DNA of 64,000 nucleotides from Hydrolagus colliei (Eukaryota). Both the position numbers and the translations under genes were made by a program. Below, one piece after another: positions 12,306 to 25,252 of the stretch. Position 1 is the stretch's first letter. Every line of letters starts with the position of its first letter. Under the pieces are notes generated by a model. It made no database searches. It was not told the DNA's origin and worked only from the letters and a program-made list of their open reading frames with translations. The stretch lies in assembly GCA_035084275.1 (NCBI GenBank), contig CM068745.1:41602001-41666000 (forward strand), in the 5' to 3' direction.

Positions 12306-12609
12306 GTGGAGTCCTGTAGCTCAGTGATTAGAGCACTCGCCTTATAAGTGAGAGATTTGGGTTTGATTCCCGGCAGGGCGAAACCTTGAGCAAATTTCCT
12401 TACTCCACATTCCTAATAATAATCCCTCAAAAAACAGTAATAAATGAGTCATTTCAATCCACAACTGTTTGTCGGGCATTGCTGTGCGCAATTGGTTGCC
12501 GCGTTTCATCTACAAATATACAGTCAATTCACTTTACATTATATTCTGTGAAGCGCTTTGAGAAGACGTAAAAAGCACTATATAAAATGAAAGGATTATT
12601 ATTATTATT
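12306..12609 (+). mobile_element. Near full-length tRNA-derived SINE with L2-like 3' end and (ATT)n tail
   Basis: A-box-like TAGCTCAGTGA, B-box-like GGTTTGATTCC, body shared with other copies, 3' end tgtgaagcgctttgag...ggattattattatt. Confidence 0.85.
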
Positions 12610-12786
12610 TCTCTAATAAATGCTATTTCATAGTATTTTTAAAAAATCATTGCACTATTCCAGAAAATTCATTCTTTATCTTCCAAGAATCTAAATAGCT
12701 GTTTGCAATAAATTTTCAAACTCATTTGATTGCTAACAGTGCTGTTACAAAACACCATATGCTGTTTCTACCATTTTCAGCTAATA

Positions 12787-13004
12787 CAGACAAAGCCCAT
12801 TTATCCAGCACCCAATCAATCGTAACTTCCGTGTAACCAGCATCCCCCCCCAAAAAGGTCCGCATTCGATTAACCGGAATTTATCCGGAAAAATGCATTG
12901 ACATGTTTTTGGGGGTTTCTTGCCTTCTTTGGCCGAATATCTGTCAGGCACTTTAACCGGCAATGGCCAGGACCTGAGAGTGCCGGATAAACGGGCTTTT
13001 ACTG
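12787..13004 (+). mobile_element. Internally deleted 218-bp copy of the Tigger-like family
   Basis: TA|CAGACAAAGCCCATTTATCC ... GGATAAACGGGCTTTTACTG|TA. Confidence 0.85.
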
Positions 13005-13639
13005 TAATTTACAATGTAACTAAATATTTGAATTTTTTGCTGTCTCATGTATTCCATGGTATTTTGCGCCCTTTTTTATCTCATCATTTGTAATGACGGA
13101 GGTCCAGGGTAGAGTTGCAGAGAGTAAGGGCAGAATGCTGAAAGCCCATCCACTTTGTCAACAGAGGTTAAGAGAGTTAACTCATTGCTCATTAATGATC
13201 CCCTGGCATTATTCAAAAACAGAAGGAAGTGATAAAATTGATCATCACCTCATGGCTTTTTGTGTGACATTTCTGTTCGTAAATTGACTGCTGTATTCAC
13301 TTACAACAGGGTGGTCCAAAGTTTTGGATGCCATATTTGAGATTATCTGCAGGCCACATAAACAATATTTTGTGTTTCACTTCAAGAAATATAAACAGTT
13401 ACACAATGTCTTTTTCACATAGGATATTTAAAAACACTTGCAGCTACCCAACTTGAAACCCAAGTTGGGGGTGTGAGAGAGAGAGGTGGAGAAGGGTAAA
13501 GATGACCAAAAGTGTGGTCAAATAATTATATTTTGGCTTGTCTTGAAAGAGTGGAGGAGGAAAGAGTCAAAGGAACTCCAGGAATGGAGCTCCAGAGAGT
13601 GGAAGCAATATGGCAGTGGTGGGGTAGATGGAGTGGGGG

Positions 13640-14020
13640 AACATGAAGCAGTTATGTGCGTTATCTTGAAGGTCGTCTTCAAGGCCTTCCATGGGCCTTC
13701 TGCTGTGACCTGCTAACTCCACATCGACGTGTCTGCTCCCTTTCCGCTCAGCAAGCTCCAGCCTACTCCACGTTCTCCGCACCATCGGTGGTTGAGCTTT
13801 CAGCTTCTCTGCTCCAACCCTTTGTAACTCCATCTTACATTCCCTTTCCCTCGCTTCCTCCCTTGACTCCTTCAAGTCACATGTCAAGATGCTCCTCTTC
13901 AACCGTTTCTTTGGCCACCCTTTCTGTTCTCCCTGATCCCGAACCCCCTCCCTGCTCGCGGCCATGTCCCTGACTGTCCAGCCTCCAAATGTGAAAGGCG
14001 CTGTACAAATGCAATTTTGT
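13640..14020 (+). mobile_element. L2 3' fragment
   Basis: LKVVFKAFHG remnant; ends aatgtgaaaggcgctgtacaaatgcaattttg. Confidence 0.72.
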
Positions 14021-15991
14021 ATTGACGGGTTTCCGCATGTGTCAGACACCCGGCTGATCAAACAAAGTATCAACAGGTCAGTACATAAATTCGCGTGATT
14101 TAAGTTAGCCAGTAAGTGTGAGAGTAATGGAGGGTAGTAGAGGGGCGTTGCAAGTTCAGAGATGATTAGTTCAAATAAGTGGTTTTGAAAGAAAACTGAA
14201 TGGGACGGTTGAATGTAAGACTTAGGTGATTACATCATTTATAAAGGCAAGACTTATGTAAGTTTTACTGTAATCTGCAAACTTAATCAGCTTTGAATTA
14301 TATTTATTGGAATGGACACAACCACATTTTATTTTTAAAGGTATACCTATAGAATATGCTTTATCCTTGGCAGACAAAGGGTCAGATATATTCTGAAGCT
14401 TTGTATAATTGTAGATGTTGTTTAAATAGAATTTTGTTTTGATTTCTTCTTGTGGAAAGCATTCTGTTATTTCAGAGAATTGTGATTGTGCTCGGCAGCA
14501 GAGATTTAATTTTCAACTCAGAACATATGTTTTGGTAGATTGCATCAGTTTATAGCACCAATATTTTGCATTAGAATCTGACCTTGTGGGCATCTCAGTA
14601 AATCTTTCTGTGGGCCATTTTTTACTGTTGTATTTTCTTTTAAAACAATTTGTGACCAAAAGTCCAAGCTACTAATAAGGACAATGTGTTGATAGGATTA
14701 TATTACAAGGCAATTTACTATTTGAACTTTAAATATTCTTCTATTAAGTCTAACTTTGGCAATTCTGCATTCAGTTTGTTTTACATTTGCTTTTCAATTT
14801 TGAAACTCTTTCAATTTAATTGTAATCCAGGTGTGTATTTTAAATTATCTGACATGTTTTTCTTTTGTTCTTGATCCTACTGTTCACTAAGGTTAGAACA
14901 ACACTGAGCAATATAAATCATAGCTAAAACCTTAGAAGAAAAAATAAAAAATGAACAACTACCATGGAAGTAGAGCATGTTTCGAAAGAGGAAATTACTA
15001 AAACAGAACAATAAAGCTAGAATAAACAAGCCCGATCTTTGTAAAGAAGGAATGTTGGATGATAAGATATGCCCTTATCTATATAAAAAAACAACATCCC
15101 ACTCAAAGCTGGATCTGTTGCCTTGAACTTAAAAAGTAGTTCAAACAATCTAATGTTAGTACTGTATGTGTGAAATTAGAAAAAAATGTAAAGAAAGTAC
15201 TGTAATGGACTTGATGGACTTTAAATATTTCTAATTTCATTTATTATATATTTATGGGTAGCCATTTGTTCTGAGTACTGTATTTCAACTTAGACAAAAA
15301 TTACTAACCCTAAGATTTACTCACACCATAGAATTGTTTATAAAGCCTGTGTAAATGATAAATGTATCTTGGCCATGACTTTAAGTGGTTACCTCATTCA
15401 CCTAAAAACATTCTGCTACTGCATACTTATCATGAAATGTTCACGAGAAAGTGCAAATTCAAGATAACTACAAGAGGAATTAAAATAAATGTTGTTGATG
15501 TCATTCACTGTTGAGGCAGTGTCCATAAATTATTTTAGAAGGGAATTGGAGGCTTGAAAAATAGGGATACTGGTCAGTTGTATGAAGTACTTTGAGGTAT
15601 CCTCCCAACATGAAATAAACTTATAAATATAAATTGCTGCTGTTATAGACAGAAATAGACCCTTTGGTTCATTAAGTCTGACCGTTGTTGTTTTCACATG
15701 AGCCACTTAATCTTCCATAAATTTCCAATACCCTTTAATATTCCATTGGTAGGCTGTTCGGTAACTTATGGGCTATATTTATGATAATCGCAAAAATAAT
15801 TAAAGTAAAGGTTAGTAAAAACCAATCAACTTAGAATGGTGAGAAGATGGAATTCTCTGTCACGACCATAAGATGAAGCAGTTTCCATAGATTCATTTAA
15901 AACAGAATTTGATAGATTATTTAGATTGCAGAAACTTTTACTGCCAATATACATTTTTTTCACTTTATTGATTAAAAACTGAATATAAGGA

Positions 15992-16290
15992 AATAATAAT
16001 AATTCTTTGCTTTTGATATAGTGCTTTTATGTCTTCTAGATGTCTGAAAGAGCTTCACAGAATATACTGTAATGTGAATTTACTGTATATATGTGGGTGA
16101 AACGCTAAAGCCAAATGTGCACAGCAGTGCCCACAAACAGTTGTGGATTGAAAATTAGCTTTTTTTTTGCAGGATTATTATTAGGTGTGTGGAGCAAGGA
16201 AACCTACTAAGGTTTTGTTCTACCTGGAATTGGACCCAGGTTTCTCGTTTGTAAGACAAGTGATGTAATCAGTGAGCTACAGGACACTAC
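15992..16290 (-). mobile_element. tRNA-derived SINE, diverged full-length copy
   Basis: Collinear with the 5794 and 12306 copies from tail to A box. Confidence 0.8.
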
Positions 16291-16965
16291 AGGAATAAGT
16301 AAGGAAGTAGCACATATCAGATTGTTGCAAAAACAAACATTGATTACTTGTTCAACTTAAACTGGGTGGCCATTCACAAACACAGAGATACACACACATA
16401 CTCGCACAAACAGAGAGACCCACACACAGACTCAAAAGCAAAGAAGCACACAGACACTCAAAACACAGGGATACAGACAGAGAGACACATAGAGAAACAT
16501 AGAGAGACAATTACGCGGTACCTCCAAGTGAAGCTCATTTGCTGTTAGTGCCGCACCGTGCATGAGTGTCCCCCTATCAGAAACTTCATTTATAGCGGGT
16601 TTGTTGTGGAGGCGGGTGCTTATAGCAGATGGAAAAAGTGCAGTTGCACTTTACTAATGGCCCAAGTTGTACAGCAAGTTAGTTTCTAAGGAGGGTGCCT
16701 TCTGGACCAGCTAGCTTCTAATATGCCAAAAATTGTGCTCATGTGATCGGTGATGGTGGAGGAGTACCAGCCACTCTGCATTGCACTTTTCTGTGAAGGC
16801 AGGTTGGGATTGTATGTACCTCTCAACTATTTATTGCCTTAGTTTAAAACTTGTACTATAGCTCGAGTTAACCTTCCCTTACTTAATTAAGTTTCCAGTA
16901 AACATTTTTTCATCTAACTTTTTTTTAGTACTTACTTGGTAAGTAATTATTGTTAATATTGAGTC

Positions 16966-18115
16966 TAGGGAACGGCGATATAGGAATTTCCCGATATATC
17001 GGTTGGCCCATATCGAGATATACCGAAATATCGATATTTTCAGTTTTTCGTACTGCGCATGCGCGCGCACGCCGATGTGCGCGCGCATTCCGGGTGCGCG
17101 CGCATTCAGGGCCTATCTTCTCAGGAGGTAAATATCTTTCTCTCTCTGTATCTCTCACTCTCTCCATCTCTGTGTTTTTCTGTCTGTGTCTCTCTATATC
17201 TCTCTCCCTCTCTCCTCTCTCACATCCCCCCCCCCATCTCTATCTATCTGAATATTATCACAATCCACCCTGTCTCTACCCCTCCCCCCCCCCCCCCCCG
17301 CCGTCCCTCTCTCGCACCCCCCACCCCCCATCGTCTCTCTCCCCCCACCACCCCGCCGTCTCTCTCTCCCTCCCCCCCCAGCCGTCTATCTCCCCCTCCC
17401 CCCAGCCGTCTCTCTCCCCCCCCCCCCAGCCGTCTCTCTCCCCCTCTCCCCCCCCCCCCCAGCCGTCTCTCTCCCCCTCTCCCCCCCCCCCCCCCCAGCC
17501 GTCTCTCTCCCCCTCTCCCCCCCAGCCATCTCTCTCCCCCTCAGCGGTCTATCTCCCCCTCCCCCCAGCCGTCTCTCTCCTCCTCCCCCCAGCCGTCTCT
17601 CTCCCCCTCTCCTCCCCCCCCCCAGCCATCTCTCCCCCTCTCCCCCCCCCCCAGCCGTCTCTCTCCCCCTCTCCCCCCCCAGCCGTCTCTCTCCCCCTCT
17701 CCCCCCCCAGCCGTCTATCTCCCCCTCTCCCCAGCCGTCTATCTCCCCCTCTCCCCAGCCGTCTATCTCCCCCCCCCCCCCAGCCGTCTCTCTCCCCCTC
17801 ACCCCCCCCCCCCCAGCAGTCTCTCTCCCCCTCACCCCCCCACCCACAGCCGTCTCTCTCCCCCCACCCCTTGCATACCTGTATATTGTATTCGAGGACT
17901 ATGAATACAAGATGGCGGCTTTGCACCTCGGTCTGTGCATTGTGTATAGAGATGAGCATTCTGGGTCTTGTAGTTGATTGTGCTCGCATCCCGATTTTTT
18001 ACCTCGATATATCGTTTTTTTCGATATATCGATATTTTTGGAATGTCTATATCGGCATATCGATATGAAAATCATATCGGGTTTTAGCGATATATCGATA
18101 TATCGCCGTTCCCTA
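16966..18115 (+). mobile_element. Non-autonomous hAT DNA transposon, copy 1 (1150 bp)
   Basis: 17-bp perfect TIR TAGGGAACGGCGATATA; 8-bp TSD ATTGAGTC at 16958-16965 and 18116-18123; subterminal CGATAT/ATATCG repeats; internal C-rich minisatellite. Confidence 0.93.
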
Positions 18116-20230
18116 ATTGAGTCCTGTCAGACTTAATCTAATGTACCTGTTTTGGGAATAAATCCAAATTAAAACCTCCACTTTCATACCCAAAAGGTCA
18201 GGTCAAATACATTTCTGTTTGGTATCTGCCAAATGAAAAGAGCACTCTAAGACAGATTTGTTGAACTATCCAATGCTGTAGAATCTTGATATATATGTGT
18301 TTGGCAACAGATTTACCAAAATTTAAGTTTGGTACAGAATTATGCAAGTTTTTTCATTATGCAACTACAGTATTTACATTTTTAAGGCCTAATTTGTAAG
18401 TTTTGCTCCTCAGCTTAATCACTTGTATCACAACTGAAGATAACTTTGAGAGTTTATTTTACATGTTCAGCGGAGATATGCTATTTCACATATTTTTAGA
18501 CTTTAAGACTATTTTGTTTTAAAATATACATTCACGCAGAATTTTGCTCAATTCTTAGATTCAGTATTCGTAATTTCTTAAAAACACTTGGCTTTCAAAT
18601 TAAAACTAACGTCTCAGTATGCAGAAAGTGATTGAGGAGGGAATGAGCAAGCCATTGTTTTCACTTCTTTCATTGAGGATCTGTAATATTTATTCTGTAA
18701 TTAATATGTTTATATTAATCCATCTTACTTGCATTTTCATGTAGGATAATATCTTCAAGTGCTTCAAGGAAAGAATAGGAACCGGGTCAAGGGGGATTAG
18801 GGAGGATAGCAGGTAGACGACTAACGAAACAATCAGAGAGGTTGTTTTTTATAATGCAATAAAATGGTGAATTTTAAGTTCATCAGGTTGCCACCAGTGT
18901 CGTGTTCTCCTTTCTGTACACCCATGTTCATAAAATAGAATTGTGTAATTGCTTGGCTACTTTCAATTTAGTACAACCCTTTTCACTAAACAAATGCCTT
19001 AACATATTGTAGCATGAAACTTTAAATAATTATGTAAATAATTATATTTGTTATTCTGAGGAAGATCATAGAGGGAGAGCTTTTAAATATTCTCCAAAAT
19101 TTTGTCTGTTCTGTTGACAGAAGTGCTCATATAAGATGAAAGGTCATAGCAAATAATTCTGCAGAACGGGTGAAGTTGGTTTTTCATTGAGCAGTAGATA
19201 AAAATGTTGCTAGGAATTTTTTTCAATTTCTTTCCCTTGGAATGATGCCTATAAGTCTTATTATGGCCTCCCTGTGCAAAGTTTATTTATGGAGACTTGC
19301 CATATGACATTTCACCATCTTGCAGCACAGATGCTTGTAGTACACAATATGGAAATTGATAAGCTTCAGATATAAAATGATGCAGCGAGGTTTTAGAAAA
19401 CTTTTGAGTACATTAGTTCAACTAAGAAAAGTTAATATCTAGACATATTCTTGTTTGACTTAATGTTAAGACGTCTTAAATTACTTGATTATGTAAGTTA
19501 GCCTCAATAGGATTTGGGATTTGAAACTTTTCACATGGTGATCACGTATGGCCTAAATCCATTACCTTGACAAGATCCTGCATTCTCCTTCCTAACGCTT
19601 GATTGGAAGTTTCCTTTTCCCTACATTTTAGAGCATATTATATGAAGTACTTTAGGACGTCCTCCCGATGTGATAAGCGCTACATTATTGAAATAATTAT
19701 TATTTTATTATGTGTGCTGTGAGGACATTATTCAATACATGTTCTTGGTTGCCATGATGGCTGAAATTGTCTTGCTGGAGAACTGTTTTAACAAATTTTA
19801 ATTATGAAAAAAAACCACGGCCCTCGATATCGTCGGCGTACTTTTTTTCTATTGAGTAATCGACTTCCATTGCTTGAGATGGCTTGTTAAAAGTTCATTT
19901 AGCTACACCCCACCTTTTCAATGTAAATACATTCATTAATTATGCATCACTCAACTCTCCACAACATCAGAGCACATTTCCTCTTTGAAGAAGCAATGGA
20001 TTTTTTTCCAGAAGATAATTTAAGATACTTTCACTTTTTACCATTAATTTTTGATGATAATACAATTTCACACAAGCTTGTGTCAATGCAAAGAGCATAA
20101 TGAATGTGTGTGGTGACACTGGGTGATCTGCGGACTGCAGGGGTATGACAGTGACTTGTCTGTAGCTATTGTTGCTGTGGGCAGAGCCTACACTAATCTG
20201 CATGTATCCTCTGACATGTTGATGATTATA

Positions 20231-20834
20231 CAGTTAACCCTCGCTGAACGCGACTTTCTCGATTGCAAATTCAACTCTACATGACGAATAAAAGGGTCAC
20301 TTTTTTGCATAACGCGTGTAAAACTTGCATGTACACGCTGGCTGGCCCTGCATGCATGCGCACTTGTGAGGATGCCGGCAGCTCCCGATGATTCCTCGGC
20401 TGGCTGGCCCCCGCGCAATGCACCCTTGGGAAGTCCGATGACTCTTCGGCCTCGGAGCATCCTGATGGCATTGCATGGGAAACAGAAGAGACAGAGAGAG
20501 AGAGAGTCTCCTAACACTTCCAGGACCAAAGGTAAAATAATTTAGCCTAGCTGTGGTTTTATTGCTTTGTGTTGCTTTATTGCTGTTTTATTGTCTCCAG
20601 TGAGTCAGTGAGAGCAGAGAGAGTCATGAGTGGGGGAGAGTGGACCAGCCGGCTGTAGCCCGCCTCATTACGTACCTTGCTTTGGTCGGGTGTGGATGTG
20701 CCTGGAGGCTTGAGGTTGGGTAGCCTGTGCATGGCTCCCCTTTTTCCAATTACTTATTAAACTTACCGAACGCAATTTTACTGAGTACGCTGTTTTCCAG
20801 GAATGTATCCCCCGCATTTGGCGATGGCCAACTA
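20231..20834. mobile_element. Older Tigger-like element, degenerate right end
   Basis: TA|CAGTTAACCCTCGCTGAACGCG left end; right end GCATTTGGCGATGGCCAACTA is an imperfect complement; CpG-richer than flanks. Confidence 0.55.
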
Positions 20835-21566
20835 ACACTTTTAATGCCATAACTTCATGGTATACAACGTTAAATATTACTATCCCATGTTAAAGAGCTT
20901 TATATCGGCCTATTGAGGAGATTATTGTTTAAATTTCATGAATACCTGAGAACTGGATACAGTGCTACTGAGGAAAATAATCAACTTTTTGGGATGAACG
21001 TCTCCTTTTGAAATAGTGATTAAATGTACATGTACAGGGGAACAAAATTACAGTGGCCTTCGATATAGTGCCACCTCACTTGTAATGTAGGAAAGGAAGC
21101 GCCACTGGTGACACTTTCTGTGCATAGTGTCTGATGTTATTTAATCCACAAAACACAATGTAGATTCACTCAGTCCTTTGATTCAAATTTTACAAGTCAA
21201 CCTCATTTAAATCAACCTCCTTCAACCACTCTTAAATCTGCAAGTCACTCTTCCCAGAATCCTTTTCTATTTGCATCATCTATATTCAATTGCCACTTAT
21301 GTCATTGAAACAATATGCAACATAGTGCTCATGCATACAACAAAATGCTGTCAGAAGCAACCTGACATTCCATACATCACTCATTTTTTTGTGCCTCACT
21401 TATAACATTGGTTTGCAAGACAGTCATCCAGTCAACTGTGTAATAACCAGGTTTCCTGTATTTTGACTTTGTGTATATAAAAAATAATGTTGCAGATACG
21501 TTATGCAGCATTGAGCTGTGCATGGAATTCCAGGTCGAGTTTGTCTTTTTAGGAAAGCCTGGAGAG

Positions 21567-22862
21567 TAGGGAACGGCGATATATCGATATATCGCTAAAA
21601 CCCGATATAATTTTCATATCGATATGCCGATATAGACATTTTTAAAATATCGATATATCGAAAAAACGATATATCGAGGTAAAAAATCGGGATGCGAGCA
21701 CAATCAACTACAAGACCCAGAATGCTCATCTCTATACACAATGCACAGACCGAGGTGCAAAGCCGCCATCTTGTATTCATAGTCCTCGAATACAATATAC
21801 AGGTATGCAAGGGGTGGGGGGAGAGAGACGGCTGTGGGTGGAGGGGGTGAGGGGGAGATAGACGGCTGAGAGGGGGAGAGAGACGGCTGGGGGGAGGAGA
21901 GAGACGGCTGGGGGGGAGGAGAGGGGGAGAGAGTCGGCTGGGGGGAGGAGGAGAGGGGGAGAGAGACGGCTGGGGCGAGGGGGAGATAGACGGCTGGGGG
22001 GGGGAGAGGGGAGAGAGATGGCTGGGGGGGTGAGAGGGGGAGAGAGACGGCTGGGGGGGTGGGAGAGAGATGGCTGGGGGGGAGAGGGGGAGAGAGATGG
22101 CTGGGGGGGAGAGGGGGAGAGAGATGGCTGGGGGGGAGAGAGATGGCTGTGGGGGAGAGGGGAAGAGACGGCTGGGGGGGGGGGGAGAGGGGGAGAGAAA
22201 CGGCTGGGGGGGGAGGAGAGGGGGGAGAGAGACGGCTGGGGGGAGGGGGAGAGAGACGGCTGGGGGGGGAGGGGGAGAGAGACGGCTGGGGGGATGGGAA
22301 GAGAGACGGCTGGGGGGGGAGGGAGAGAGAGACGGCGGGGGGGGGGGAGGAGAGGGGGAGAGAGACGGCTGGGGGGAGGGGGAGAGAGACGGCTGGGGGT
22401 GGAGGGAGAGAGAGACGGCTGGGGGTGGAGGGAGAGAGAGACGGCCGGGGTGGGGGAGAGAGATGACGGGGGTGTGGGGTGTGAGAGAGGGACGGCGGGG
22501 GGGGGGGGGGGGGGGGGGGGGGGGGTGGAGAGACGGGGTGGATGTGATAATATACAGATAGATAGAGATGGGGGGGGGATGTGAGAGAGGAGAAAGGGAG
22601 AGAGACATAGAGAGACACAGACAGAAAAACACAGAGATGGAGAGAGTGAGAGACACAGAGAGAGAAAGATATTTACCTCCCGAGAAGATAGGCCCCGAAT
22701 GCGCGCGCACCCAGAATGTGCGCGCACCCAGAATGCGCGCGCACTCCGATGCGCGCGCGCATGCGCACTACGAAAAAACTGAAAATATCGATATTTCGGT
22801 ATATCTCGATATGAGCCAACCGATATATTCATATCGGGAAATTCCCATATCGCCGGACCCTA
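21567..22862 (-). mobile_element. Non-autonomous hAT DNA transposon, copy 2 (1296 bp)
   Basis: Ends TAGGGAACGGCGATAT and ATATCGCCGGACCCTA; TSD CTGGAGAG on both sides; reverse complement of copy 1. Confidence 0.93.
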
Positions 22863-23099
22863 CTGGAGAGTTCAGTCTAAATTAGCAATGTCAGTTAGAA
22901 TTAGTGTGGCACTGCAATTTTGGTTGCAAATATGTTGTATGTTAAATGAATGTACTGAATATGCTTTTTTTTCTTTAAAACAAATCAGGTTTAGTGCTCC
23001 TTTTTAGGTCCACTGTATTTTCACTGTCTAAGTAAACAAAACCCTCGTTTAATTAATCTTTTTGAGTACCACAGCCACAAATTACATTTATATAACTGT

Positions 23100-23510
23100 T
23101 TCTTAGTTATATAAGCAGACTAAAGGGGTTGGAATCAGGAGGTGTGGGGGCCAAGGACAATGGGGTTGAGAAGATAACTGAAACCATGGCTAAAGATAAG
23201 GGTCTTGAGACGGACCTTGAAGCAGGGAGGAAAGGGGCGTGGTGATGGGATTGTGGAATGGATTCCAGAGGCAAAAAGGCTGAACAACAGCAACAAAATT
23301 ACATTTATAGAGCGCTTTTCACGTCGGGCGGACATCCCAAGGCACTGAACAGTCAGATCAAGCCCCGAACAAGTGGGGGCTGGGGAGTGGGGGGGGAGAG
23401 AGTTAGGAGGGGAGGGAGAGAGTTGGGAGGGCAGCAGAAGGCAATCGAAGAGGAGGGTCTTGAGACTGGCCTTGAAGGAGGCAAGGGAGGAAGCGATGCT
23501 ACGGCCTAAT
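23100..23510 (-). mobile_element. Stacked L2 3' fragments
   Basis: [16 protein letters not shown] on the minus strand; tail aacaacagcaacaaaattacatttatagagcgc at 23283. Confidence 0.72.
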
Positions 23511-23783
23511 TGATGATAGATCAAGCAGATCCAAGGATGTGATGTAGACCAAGCAGAGTAAGTTGGGTCACAGAGGAAGTGTGAGCTTGAGCCTCATGCA
23601 TGAGAGGACACAAACTACAAGGTGGTGGCAGATACAAGCAGTGTTGTGGCAGTGGGGAAAAGCTGGATGGGTCAGGGACCCGAGGTTAGGAACCACTGGT
23701 ATAAAGTTTCAAGTACAGTTGAAAATCAAGCAGAACACCAAGGTTCCCCACTGGCTTCATCAGTTGCAGTTTCCATCTATGTA

Positions 23784-24605
23784 CAGTAAAAGCCCGTTTA
23801 TCCGTGACCCAATCACCGTAACTTCCGTATAACCGGCACCTCAAAAAGAGGTCCTATTTGATTAACCGGGTCTTATCCAGCACAATTGCATTTTTTTCTC
23901 TTATATCAGTATTTTGGTATGCTGCTACTAGTGCCTGAAGGTGGCTCTGCCATTTTTTTCCCTCACAGAGTACAGTACAATTAACTCTGAATGCTGCACT
24001 TCCGGGTTTGAGAGAGAGGCAGGGAGAAAGAGAGGGAAAGGGGGAGGGAGAGGGGAGAGGGAAAGAGTGGGGGAGAGAGAGGTGGGGAAGAGAGGGTGGT
24101 GGGGAGAAAGAGAGGGAAAGAGGGGGGGGGCGGACAAAAAGAGAGAGGATTGGGAGGGATAGGTAGAGGAGGGGAGAGAGAGGCGGTGAGTTGATTAATT
24201 TAGATGGAAAATTAAAGAAGTGGAGTGGGGTTGGGTTTGGAGCCATTGAGATGCCAGACTGACTGTGTGTATGTGAAAGAGAGAGAGAGAGGGAAGTAAA
24301 CAACAACAAATTACACTTATAGAGCGCCTTTCACGTCGGGAGGACGTAGGGAGAGAAAGAAAAAAAACTTTGATTGCGTGCTGTGTTTATAGACTAATTG
24401 ATGTTTATTGCTTTATTGATAAGTATCCATACAATATTCTGTTACTATTTAGTCTATTATTAATATGGGATGTTTAAAAAAAAATATTTTTTTAAAACAA
24501 TTTTTTTGTGTTGGGTTTTCAGCAGCTGGCCGCCCAAATATCCTGCATGCAGTTTAACTGGCATTGGCCAGGTCTAGAGGGTGCCGGATAAACGAGCTTT
24601 TACTG
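23784..24605 (+). mobile_element. Tigger/pogo-like non-autonomous element containing a ~50-bp L2 tail (about 24298-24348)
   Basis: TA|CAGTAAAAGCCCGTTTATCC ... GGATAAACGAGCTTTTACTG|TA. Confidence 0.87.
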
Positions 24606-24841
24606 TATATTGATGCTGTCTGTGCCTGTAGTGAGAAGACACTGACTGGAGCCAAGCACCAGAGCCTCTGTCCTGTCGACATTCAAATGGATAACTTTAC
24701 ATATATCTGTATATATGTATACAGATATATGTATATATCCCTAACTGAATGAGATGGGAAACACGCTGTGAAAAATTAAAAAGGCAAAACATGTTCTGCC
24801 ATTCTATTGTCCCATTACACAGCATACTGCAATGCCATATA

Positions 24842-25252
24842 CAGTAAAACCTTTGTTACCCAGTACCCTTGGAACCTGCCCGGTGCCAATTAATCAAATA
24901 TGCCAGATATTCAAGTGGCAAGTTGCCGAAAATCCAACAAAAAAATTAATGTATTTTAAAACATACCATATTAATAATAGACTAAATAATAACAGAATAT
25001 TGTCTGGATACTTACCAATAAAGCATTCCAGCACACTTGGTAAAATGATCAGTAAAAAAGCATTCCAGCGTTTGGTAGGTTTAATAAATGCGAATGTGCA
25101 TGCATTGCACACATGCGCAAAGTGAGCATACCGCGAGTGTCCCGGATGGCTACGGTATGAGATCCGGTTGCTGGAATGGTGAATTGTATTGGCAGACACT
25201 GGTTGTTTGAGTATACTGTTTGGTTGGCTAACGGATAAACAAGGTTTTACTG
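24842..25252 (-). mobile_element. Related Tigger-like subfamily element
   Basis: TA|CAGTAAAACCTTTGTTACCC ... GGATAAACAAGGTTTTACTG|TA; shares the acataccatattaataatagactaaataataacagaatattg block with the family but has a different other half. Confidence 0.75.

Noticed and set aside
12306-12385. tRNA-like sequences (also 6050-6149, 16215-16290, 40850-40930)
   Set aside because: They are SINE heads fused to a repeat body; stems are broken and the anticodon region differs among copies, so they are not tRNA genes.
17300-17860. Regularly spaced CAGCCGTCTCTCTCC repeats resembling a CRISPR array
   Set aside because: Spacers are poly-C rather than unique sequence, the context is eukaryotic and there are no cas genes; it is a minisatellite.
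16950-18068. Long Pro/Ser-rich and Gly/Arg/Glu-rich ORFs (up to 372 aa) here and at 21.6-22.8, 38.5-39.2, 44.3-45.2 and 49.7-50.7 kb
   Set aside because: They are translations of the stop-poor hAT minisatellite, open in several frames on both strands, with no transposase or other domain.
24698-24740. AT-rich near-palindrome (possible miRNA hairpin); also the 24-bp tandem duplication near 32780-32830
   Set aside because: Low-complexity (TA)n-derived symmetry with no other support.
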